Assembly: GCA_030141605.1 (NCBI GenBank)
Contig: JAQGDQ010000018.1
Coordinates: 682,001 to 746,000 of the forward strand
DNA length: 64,000 nt
Source: Tubiluchus corallicola
Taxonomy: Eukaryota > Animalia > Priapulida
Direction: 5' to 3'
The position numbers and the translations under genes were made by a program. Positions 38,901 through 50,900 of this stretch are shown here, piece after piece; the stretch's first letter is position 1; each line of letters begins with the position of its first letter. The notes under the pieces are model-generated. The model saw only the letters and a program-made list of their open reading frames with translations. It had not been told where the DNA came from and made no database searches.

Positions 38901-41900
38901 ATTAGTGATAATATCGGATACGGATCTCAGCTGGTGTTTGGGTGCGGTCCTGTATAATTTTGATCCGCATTGCTGAGATGATTCCTTCACGTATACATGT
39001 ACTCCAGGTCTATGTCCAGTTTGCGTGCGAGGTCATATCTTTAGCTTACTCTAGTATGAAGATCATCAAGAGTTAGCTTGGCAAGACTTGAATGCACCAC
39101 CGATCAATTCAGTTTTTGTTGTTGAGTTGTTTTATCCAATTTTACACTATTTTAAAATTGTAGAAGCCTGTATATACGGCCTTTATTGTATTTTGAATGT
39201 TCTCTTGAATTTGCTCGCCTTATGTACCCTTAATTAGCTTTAAAGCTTTTTGATTGGAAATTTAGAAATATAACTAAACAAGTGTGCATTAAAGTAAATG
39301 TTCAAACACTGCTCGATCCTTGGTTGGTTTAAGTAATTACAGTCATTACCTGTAGAACCCACGTATCTGTCATCTGTTATGGCTATAATAGGTTTTAGGA
39401 GGCCTTCGTGGAAAATTTTGTAGTTTCTAGTTAATTTATGGATCGTTTCACCTGTCTGTGACACTGTCACAATAGAAACGCTGTTGAAATAAATACGCTG
39501 AGCAATAATCATTAATTTTCAATTGAGAAAATTGCCGTTTAGCGCGTAAACTGCTTGTGGCTAAACTACACACAACAAGTGCACAGATCTTATCAGTACG
39601 TTTTACGTCTGTGTTGATTACCCCTACATTTGTGTTCTTGAGCATTAATAAATGGCGAAAGCCAAAACTGTAAACAAACGTTAGTTATATATAAGTGAAT
39701 TAAAAAAAATGTTTCAAGTAAATTTAAGTAGCCTTCTGTTTACACTAAGCAGAGAAAATTTTCAACAGTTCCACTATTAATGTTCATGCATGACTTTGAC
39801 TGATGTTCCTTTGTCCGTGGTGCGTTTTTGGCCGACTGCCCTGTGACTCTATTTTAAAGTCCTGTGACTTGTGGTCCTTCGTCTGGTAGTCTGGTAAATT
39901 TTGTTTCCGGCGTATGTGAAACGTCTTTTAATTATTGTCACCAGAACATAAAAATGACCGTAATCACTTTATCAATTTTACTAAGTCTTATTAAATCTTA
40001 TTATTAATGGTAATAATTAGCGTTATTATTAAAATGAAATTAATTCGCGACCGTGATTGCACGGCGACAATGTAGTAACTGTGTCATTTTAATGTTGCCT
40101 GCTCATTGCTCAAATTGTTTATTAGTATTGTGTAAAATACTATCCAAAATAAAATATTTATTCATTTCAAAAATCAAAATGTTGATTAGTACAAATACAA
40201 GAATATTAAAAACGTAATCTAATGGAAAGAAAAAACTAGTTGTCTTGAATGTTTAATTAAAACGTCGTACAAATCTATGTTATGTCACTATGGCAAACTG
40301 CATTGGGCATTAAACTTTTTTGTGGCGTTTGTAAAAAGTTTAAAGAAGAAATTGTTCTCTACTATCTCTTGAATGAGATGAAGGTTGAGTTTCACATATA
40401 TATTTATGTATGGGCCTTGGCAGGAGTCTGCTCAATATTGTTGCCAGCGAAAAAAAAATGTTACCAGAAAATTGTTGATCAAATAATAATTGATTGAATA
40501 AATAATATAGTTGTTGTTTTTTTTCGTGTTGTTGGTTTTTCATCATCAAAATACTTTCGCTAAAAATATTTCCAGAACCGCCCAAGATTTCTTCCAGCTG
40601 CTGCAGTTGTGTCGGTGTGCTTACAAGTTGATAACACTTCACATTTAGACTGAAAATTTATCGTTTGGTGCGGCTAGGCTGATTTTATCTTCATTCACAA
40701 CTTTTACGAAAATATTTACCTATCAGTTTTGAAGGAATAGCCGAGGGCGAGTTGTAAGTTGAAATGCTATTAAAGTGGACTGTAAATTTGTTTCCATTTA
40801 TCTGTCGAGAAGAAATTTTTTACTGATGTTACCTGCTAGTTTATAAATCTATGCATCATATATACAATCTATTATACAGCATGCAAATAATACGCATCGA
40901 AGTGCTTACATTTTTATTTGACTGAAAGATAGTTGCAGACAGACAAGCGCCCAGCCCTTTAGTGAACCTTTGAGTGACTAAAAGTAATCAGCAGAGGACG
41001 TTTATGCGCCATAGCAGTTTTATAGCAGCATAACGTAGCTCTCAAGAATAAAGCCAACAAGGGGGTAATGTGCCATATATAAGTACTGTGATCTGCAGTG
41101 CCCGAGATTTTAGACTCTAAAGTCAGCCTATGCTTGTCACTCTATATGAAAGCGGTAATGTCAATATTTCGTGATTTTTCTCTTGTACAAGACGTTTTGC
41201 ATTCCATCACGAGGGCTTTTCGTATAATGAACTCTTCTTTTATAGTATAATAGTTTTAGATATAATAGGATTATATATTGCAAATGCGAAATTGATATCA
41301 CGACTACTATTATTACCGTGCGTAGAGCAATGGCCGTAGATTCTCTTGGGATGAGTTAAATTATTTTATTTACTAGTTGAATAAACTTTGTGTGTTTGAG
41401 AGCGATATTTCAACTGGTTTAAATAGCGCGTAAGTGCACATAGTTAATGATATATTGCTTCTGTTTTTGATGAAAGTAAACAGTCGTAGATATGTCAAAC
41501 CAACTAATGAAAAAATCCTTCATTAAGTTTTCCTTATAGGTGTAATAAGAGTGATTTAGAAATTATATTAAGAGCCAATACTTTATAGGCAGTTCGACAA
41601 ATGCTTCTTAAAACACAATAATAAAATGTATCACTGTAAACATGTACAAATTCCAATTTACAAGCTCTCTATTTTAAACTCTGCTTAAAAAACAAGCAGG
41701 TCTACCAAATGGTAGCTTTGGAGTTTGTTTCGAAAATACATAAACGAAATGTAAGTAAAATAGCACAGGAACATTAGCGCAGTAAAAATGGCACAGGAAA
41801 AAATGGCTTGTTATTTTCATGCAGATAATTTCTATAATAAAAATAGAATGCGCTCAGTAGGAAGCAGATCGTGAATGAACTTATGATAGAATTTTTATTG

Positions 41901-44900
41901 CTGGTTTTTCTCGGCTTTTCTATTGAATGGTGGCAGCAGAATCGAGAATGTTTTATGTATATATGTATCAACAATTTTGTACTTGAAGGCCCTGTAACTG
42001 ATGTAGGCTTTATGTTTTAAAGGCACCACTTTTGGAAATCCTGCCTGCTGGCAATCATAAAATTCGTTTAGCTTTTTACGTTCATGCGTATTTTCTTTAA
42101 TCGTCACTATCCTCGCCTATTCATCAGGTAATTTAAAATGTAAGTACATTCAAACTCTTCAAGAACAGAATATGGAGCTGGATACTCTGAGCATTCAGTG
42201 TTTGTCGTTACTTTTACTTGGTGTGTTTGATGGATCCTGATCAAGTTTCATGTGAACATGAGCATTTTTGCATTTTCTCCACAATGAGCTAGTTTTTCGA
42301 GTAAATTTAATCTGGAAAACTTTCCCTTTTCCGTCCCGGTGGGATTGCAAGTAACATGACTGCGTTACAACTGGGATGATAGTATTACAAAAAGCAGTTT
42401 GCATCTGGTTAGTATTACGCATTCACATAGACTGGAAATCATTTTATAGAACAATACCGACATCGTAAAAGTAATTGGTAGTTCTGTGATCTTTTACCTC
42501 GGACTGCGCAGGTGGTGTACCAACGACAGACTTTGTTTCCCGTCATTTTTATGCATATGGCAAGTTTATTTTTTTAACCATTTTAACAATACCTCCCTTG
42601 GTAAACTACGCATTATACTAACTTCGCACAGCTGCTGCTGCAACTAGTGTGTTGTTGGGTCTGTTGACAATACTGGGTGTAACGTCGCAACAGGCCGGTA
42701 GTTTTTCGAAATCTTATCGCTCGGCTTTTGTTTCCTGGTGGGTGTAACGACAAGTCTACAGCTAAACAAAAATTCCCGCAGCAAATTTGTTTCTTTCTGC
42801 TTCTAAAGTCCTGTCGGGATTACGGCAGTTAAGTGGATTAGGGCTTATAACTCTCTTGTAAACGCAAGGCATGTGTGCCTAGCTAGAAATGTGAATGGAC
42901 TGCGCGCCGGCTCTTCCGAAAGTTTGCCTCAGAGATTGGCATGCTCCACACCCATGTTATTTATATTGGCAGATAATATGTCTGTAAGTTGAGAAAGTGT
43001 GGTTTGCAAATAATTAAAAGCTTAGAAAAGCTTGAAATTAAAAATAAAATCGAGCAGTGCTATGCAAACGGGCTTTGAACCTAGGAGGCTCAAGTCGCCT
43101 GCAGATGTTTTGTTTTATTAATCATGATTTGGTAAGCTGGTGATAATTTGCTTGCACCTTATGCCACGTTAAACGAATCCTCGCCATTTTGTTGTCAATC
43201 GGTATTATTTAACTTAAAAAATTGGCCACTCCCTTTAAGTAACGGCCTAACACATTAAAAGTGGAAAATCCCTACATGATAAAGGGATATTATTTCGAAT
43301 TAGCCGAGTACCGCAGAGAAAGCTTGATTTTTGCAGAGTAGGACATCGCGAGTTGCTTATGTATTACGCACAAACGCCAGTCCGACAAAGAGTTTTCATT
43401 TGGATCTAAATTTTCGTAAAATCAGAAAACTGACTAAACATCTAAACACCGTTACGTGAAGAAAGTTAAGTCAACACGTAAATGTTATTTCGCACCAGCA
43501 TAGGAAACCAGTGCATATTGTATAGTATTGGAGATTTGAAGTTACATGCGCAAATTTTCTTTAAACGACCAGGTTTACTTAATATATCGAACCTGTATTC
43601 AGGAGACCGAGGCAGCCCCTTAACGCCTCATATTATAATAATCAGTGTGTGAATTAATAAAAGTATGGCTCAGTTTCTGTGCATCAGCAGTTCATTGAAC
43701 TAGCAAATGTGCTGTGGCTATTAAATACAGGGAATGTAAAAATTAAAATCGGCCTGTCTGTCAAAGTACTAATAAAGTCACGCGAAGCTCCACTCTCGCG
43801 TTGTCCTGTTCGTTTGTCGTATATTGTGTTCAACTTATAGTAATAAAATTTGTGGGAGTGACTGAATTCATTATTTGAATGATCCATCTTACTATTTTAT
43901 TTATGCGGCTGTCTTAGAACTATCTTGCATTGTTTTTATTAATCATCATGGACACTATCTTACGAAAACCGACCTTGCGGAAACATCGAAAATGTGACTG
44001 TAGGCAAATTGAACTTTCGCTTATATTTTTCGCATTCTAAAAGAAATTTATCTGCGGCAGATCACATGGTGTGATCCAGTGGATCATGGAGTTTCACTGG
44101 ATGAAGGCAGGCAAATTTTACTTCATCTTATTGCCGTCACCAGGTTAGGAATTAACACGGGCTGGTAAGATAATACACCGTTTAGGCAAACAGTGTTAGG
44201 GTTGTTGACCAAGCTTTGTGGTCTAGCTAAAAACTCTACACTCGGGCTTTTAACACAGGAAAACATTTATTGACAGAGACGATAACGCTAAGTATGGTTG
44301 TGCAAAAATACAGGACTGGGTGGAACCATAGTTTTTGTCTCTAATACAAATATTTAGCCGTCAGTTTAAACGTAGTTTAGCTAGGATATGCCAACACGTG
44401 TGATGTGCTTGTTGGTGGATATTTTTACCATTAACAAGAGTGCTTTAACACAGAGGATTAAGTTAATACTAAGCTTATTCTTGTGCAGTTTTTTTTTATT
44501 AATGGTTAAGCTTTCAAGCTTTGGCTAAGCCGCTCTGTGGCGCTAGTAATCATAGTTTTCAATACATCTCTTTGTCTTTTACAATCTGCTTCGTTTTTTT
44601 CTCCTTCAGCCTGTCTAATAAGGTTGTTTAGAGCAGCTGAAATTGTACTAATGGCTCTTTTAGCAGATTTCTGAATGTGGCAAATTGCTAGTGTTACATT
44701 GCTTCGGTTCTTTTAGTTTAAACGCATGAACTTACTGATGCTACATTGCAGATTAAGAATAGTAATTTATTTGTTGTGTTTAATGGACACCTCGTAGTCT
44801 GCAAATTTTAGTGTGATGCACAGCCATACATGTAAATTTCAGTCTGTGAACTTCAGAGTAACTGCACACTAGGTGTTGTGACGCCCTTGAGGCCTTCAAG

Positions 44901-47900
44901 GAATTTTCTGAATGAAGCCTGTGTTCATTTCCTCTCTGCTGATGTTAAGTTAAAAAAATTACTTTGTACTTTTTGCGTGTTGCATGCGGCTTGTTTATTT
45001 AAGCAGAACAACTTTGCTTCTTAAGATGGAAAATTTTTACTCATGCCCCAATCCACACCATGTCTGGTAATGTTTGGCTGTTGTTAGTGGCGTGACGCGC
45101 TGACGTTACATGAGAGCTTTTCTGGGATTTTCTAGGTGTTGTTACGCTAAACACCCCGTCTGGGAGAGTAGAAACCAACCTTGGTTGGTTACGTTGCGTT
45201 TAAGTGAGTGTAAATGTAGACATGTGGCTTCACAAACCACGTGACGTAAACACGTGGGCGTAAACTGCCGACGTCACTCGAGGATTCCATTGAGATATCA
45301 GGCTGCGAATTGACGTCGGTTCCGAAAACCCCAAACAACTATTTATTACCACATAGTCGCACATGGCATATGGTAGCACAAATCTTATAGCTGAAAAATG
45401 TACTTGCAACATAACAATACTTACGACAGTTTATTCAAAAAGAAAAGTTTCATTATGCATAAGTACGTTCTGCCTTTTCAAATTTGACAATCACTATTCA
45501 AATGCAGCACAATCATATTGAAAATTTTTGGGCTTTCTTATCTGACGGGCCATTGTGTTCTCGGGAGATTTGGTCATTATATTTTTTAATTAGTCATCTT
45601 CGCAAAAGATTAGCGTACCTAAAATTTTCAATGTTTTTAATTTAGAAGAAAAGTTTCTTGCACTGCGTTACGTGATTAGTGTGGTATCGATTACACCTGT
45701 GTGCTTACGAAAACGTTTCTTCTGCAGTTGTTTAGAGAGCATATTTACTACAGGCATGGTTTATGCTATTCAGCCCTAAAGCGTGGGTTTGTCTCAAAAT
45801 TTTTTGGCTATATTACAGATAACCTTTATGTATTGACACGGGCGGGCAAAAGGCGTTATTATCACTAAACAAGAGAAGTCCTGAGGCTATATTTTTGCCA
45901 GAAAGTATTTCGCTTCTATTATGTGAACTTTACAAATTTAAATAGAGATTTGCTAAGCGGCTTAATATTCTTGACTTTACAGTTTCATTAATGACACTGA
46001 GTTCAGTGGGTTGCCTTCCAGAAAATATGATTCACGAGTTGTGAGGTCTCTATGGATTCAACTTACAAGTTTTAGCAATGAATCCACTTCTAGTCGGGAA
46101 AATTTGATTTTTTGAATTATGTAATTAGTCTAGTAATAGTTTTGTGGTTTGTGACGCAACAGTAAAAGTATTTCCATTCCATCCACACACTTTAATTTAT
46201 TATTATTTTTATTTTATTTTATTATTTTTCTGTTTTTGTGAATAAATTGATTTTGCAATTTTGAATTTATTGCGAAGTACATATAATGACAAGCTCGATG
46301 CAGTATAATATCAGTATTGCCTTAAGTTGAGTATCTTAAGTTAACTGCCTGTTTTCTAACTAACTTTACTTTTAAAATGGTTGTTGGTGGACTCACTCAT
46401 GGTCATTACTTTTGCCTTTGGTGTCAGACTTTCTGGAACATTACTAGTGTCAACATATAGCTTGCAAAAATTAGGCCCATTTTACTTTGTTGTTTTGTTA
46501 TTAGTGCTTTGACAAATTATACAAATTACTTTGCAGGAAAGCGTGCAGTGTTGCTGCCAGCTCCTGATGAACAAGATACGTCTGGTCACCATTCAGCTTT
46601 GGTTCTTATTCCGGTTAGTGAAAAAGGTGAGCTTTTTGCATTAATACAAAATAATCACCAGGAAGCATGGGGGCCTTGTGGTTATAGTGCTGCCTTATAA
46701 GCCAAAGGCCCCCAGTTCAAATCCAGGCTGTGTTCCAACTTTTCGCATTTCCTGTAACCTGTCTTTGCAGTTTGGTATCTAAATTTAACCAATGGTTCTT
46801 TTGTGCCATCACACAAATTATCCTAGCTTTTAGCTTGAACTTTACAACTACAGATAAATGTGATTTATACAGATTATTAGTGCTTGTGTGTACTTGATCA
46901 GTACATGTTTTTAAGTACAGTGAATATTTTTATTTGCAGACAAAGTTTCATCGAATGTTGATGAACCAGGTGCAAGGGCAAAGTTTCACCCCTTGGAACA
47001 AGCTTTGGAGGCTCTTCATCTTGACACAGGACCCCTTAGTAAATTGTCAAGGACCATGATTGGACGCTTAGAGTTGTATGATTGTAAAATTGTATATATT
47101 TATATTGCTTGGTACATGTTGTTGTAAACACATTTTGTTTTAGAGTCAAGTGAACATTTCTGTTTAGACTTTTTAAACTTGTTGTGCATGATTACATGTG
47201 GCTAAAGTTTTGCTCAAACTATCTTGCAATACTAGTACTAGTACTACTGCTGTATGGAAATTTTGCCATTGTTGGTGTCAATACTTAAGTTATTTGCATA
47301 TCTCTTTAGGATGCTCCGCAGTAAATGTCGAGAACCATGTGCAATAGAAGCGTTATTCCGTTCACACACTAGTTGCCGGATACGAACAGTGATAGAAAAT
47401 CCGGCATTCTCTCTGGATCGAACGTGGATGGCAACTTCCGGCAATGAGGCGTTTGCCAATATGATGGCCATAGAAAAATGTGATATTGTGATAATGAATC
47501 CACTCTTTGGTTCTGGACTTCCGTTACCTTATTCTACCGGGGTTAGTTTTCAAATTTTGATACTTCGAAGACCTTTGTTTTACTAATGGTATTGAATGTT
47601 GCATATGATATCATCAGAACTATTCTCAAATGTTTTTGTACATTCTGTATTGTGTCAGCTACAGTCCAGCAATCAACAGCATAGTTTACTTATTATATAG
47701 TTGTACCAGAACCGGTAAATTACTTCATTATCAAAAATGGTACTTCAAAACGATATTTTAAACACAACGAGATAACGTATTGATGTACCTACACAGAATA
47801 TATATTTTCCCTTAGTGAGATAATTAGCCATTAGCCAAAAACAGTATGGCAGATAAAACATGTCCAGAGCAGCACCCATCCATTGACTAACCTGCCTAGC

Positions 47901-50900
47901 ATGGCATCCAACCAAGCACTATAGCCACTGAGTTATTCATCTTGCCTCCTAAACTGTAACTTATTTCAACTTTGCATAAACTGAATTATCTAATATATTG
48001 AAAAATTTCACTATAATGTACAGTATCAACAATCAACTTGAGCTAGAATTTTACTTAATGGATTTATAACTCACCACTAACAATGGTGAACCTACATTTA
48101 CATTACTTTACATACTTTACATTTTAACTAACTATTTCATACTGCTGAATAATCGCTTGATTATTTGCATTGGTCATCCATCAGGCAACCACCATATCAT
48201 TCCATTGTTCTGTTGGTGTGAATGGCAAGTAGTACTTATTGAAACTGGAACCTGTTTTGTTTTTCTTGCAGATGGAAGGATATGAAGGAAGCAAAGCGTG
48301 GAAACCTCGTCATAGAAAACACAAATCTACATCATCAGCTTGTAGCAGGTTAGATTTGATAATCATTTACAATCAACTAATTGGGGCACTAGGGAAAGAG
48401 TAGCAAGCTCTGCAACTGACACCAAGCATACTTGCCTATCGCTATCCTTTGTGACATTAGCATGCTCACGGTAAAGTGGAAAATCAACTTATGTTGAATA
48501 ACAACACTCTTTAGTAAACAACATGACAGCTAATATGTTTAATCAGATAAACTAATTGTGTTTTTTATCAAAAATTTGCTGAGCAATGGTTATTTTCACA
48601 CAAACTTAAAAACTTCAAGTAGCCAAAAAATGGCTTAATAATTTAAACAGATGTAATTTAAACTACAGGACATTTCTTAAAGATCGGTTACGTCTTGGCA
48701 TGTGTAAATATTCATTTACTTTGAGAGTAATGAACGAATTGAATAATTTGCTTGATATGGTAATTACTGCACCAAGCCTAGTAAAGTTTAAAACTTTAAA
48801 TCTTTGTGGAAAAATATGGGATTTTTATGAATGTGGTCGTTGAACCTATACACGACAGTGGCAACACTTAGCTTTCCAAGGTGTGTGGATATCATGCCCA
48901 CTGATTGGATAATCAGCAGAGCTTGAGTGAACACGAATGACGTTCTGCTTGACGTTAATTACACTTCTATTAAAAAAATTGAATATTATTGGTACACGAT
49001 ATACCATACACTAATGAACTTTAATGAGTATACTAACATAGAGAACGAAGTGCGAGTTATTAAAGGAAACGATTGTGTAGACATTAGTTCAAAATTAACT
49101 ATAAAGAACAAAATGCGAGTTATTAAAGGAAAATCGGATGATTGTGTAGACATTAGTTCAAAATTAACTATAAAGAACAAAGTGCGAGTTATTAAAGGAA
49201 AATCGGGCGATTGTGTAGACATTAGTTCAAAATTACGTATGTTCTAAAATATTGAAAACTACAATAGACTTTTTTTAACTTAAAGCTTAGGTTAATTAAT
49301 AATTACCTCAGATAGTTAAATTTTCAAAGCTACGCGCAGCTCTGCGAATCCACTCAGACTGGGAATGGAGCCATTTTTTCACATTCACGTAGCTGACAAA
49401 TAAACGCTGTACCGTGATAAGCAGGTCATGAACTACAGGGTCCGTCTGTGACGTAGAGCTGATTTTCGTTACATCACATCAGTGTCTTGTAGCAATATCT
49501 TTGCTTACGCAAGCATGCTTGACGTGCAGGGAAGATGCCTACCACTGCGCAAACTGTGGCTAGCTTGTGATGTAAGCGATAGCTGTGTTCGGTTGCAGAT
49601 AAGTAACTTTCCAAGGTAAATTATTTGAGTATAGGAAACAATTGCTAACTTTTATAGGAAAGAAAATGTATATTTTGGACTGTAAATTAAAATGAGATTG
49701 AGTCTAATTAATCGTCCGGTTTCCTTTAAGGATGACAAAGTAACAAAACAAATTAGGGTTTGCTGAGATATCACAAAAGCACTAAAAATGTTTCTGTGGT
49801 TTGACAGTAAACTGACTAAAGTAATTAATTTCCTCACCCGCAACTTGTGCTCATTGTTATTATTCAAGTACAGCTAATATTGTTTTATAAGTGCTCATAT
49901 TTTGCTTGTGGAAAGTAAAAGATTTATAAGAAGGACTTGTATAATTTGTGAATACTACTCTAACATAATATAAAATAAAATGTATAATATTATATATGAT
50001 TATAAGAAAATGTTAACATGTATTATCATTCAGAGATTACCATTAGTGATATTATTGTTTTTTTAGTGATTCATCTAGCAGTTGGAATGAAGAATTTCCA
50101 TTACACAAATGTGCTTGTGAAGGAAATGTCCAGAAAATTAAACATCTGCTGAAAGAGGGACACAGTGCTTCATTAATGGACAGTGATACTTGGGCCCCAA
50201 TTCATTATGCTGCTATGTAAGCCATTGTTACTCATAAACGTTATACATCGCTTCCTATCACTTATGTTCTTTCATACATTTTAAATTAAGCACTACATAT
50301 TGTTTATTATGTTCTTTATTTCATTTTTCAGGTACGGTCAGTTGGGTGCAATACAAGCTCTGTTAAATATTGGAAATTGCCCTGCTAATATTGAAAATGG
50401 CATCGGGTGGACGCCACTTCATTTTGCTGCACATTATGGACATTCCTATGTTGTTGAGTTGTTGTTGAATCACCCGTCTGTAAATATAGTAAGTTAGTTC
50501 TTTCTACAGAGTTACTACTGTGGTATTTGTAATTATAAATTAAATGCATGAAGCATAAAAATTGCTGTTAACAATTGGATGCTTTTCTTATTTGAAATCA
50601 GTAAAATGGTTAACTTTTCAGAATGCAAAAGATAAAGATGGTAAAACACCTTTGGACTTGTGTGTAAATATTCCAAAAACAGACTGGCAGTCTTGTGCAA
50701 AACTGTTGCAGAGAGCAGTGAACCAAACGGTAAAAGCAATTGACTTTTTTTATTTAGTACCATAATATTTGTTTGCAGTTAAACGTGTAGTTAAGTTTTG
50801 GTTCCATTAATGTCCTTCAGATACTTTATTTATCATTTTTTAGCCACTAAAAATTCGATCTGGTTGTGGGAATTACCTTTTAACTAAAAGGTATACAGAA

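Noticed and set aside
42670-42770. Minus-strand VTPTRKQK...KNYRPVA resembling the LINE RT NYRPI motif
   Set aside because: A single short motif with no flanking RT motifs; it may be chance.
46665-46740. tRNA gene
   Set aside because: The boxes are present, but the acceptor and anticodon stems do not pair. Treated as a SINE head.
48927-49247. Repetitive ORFs, or a CRISPR-like array
   Set aside because: This is a 69-nt tandem minisatellite with no unique spacers, in a eukaryotic intron with no cas genes.
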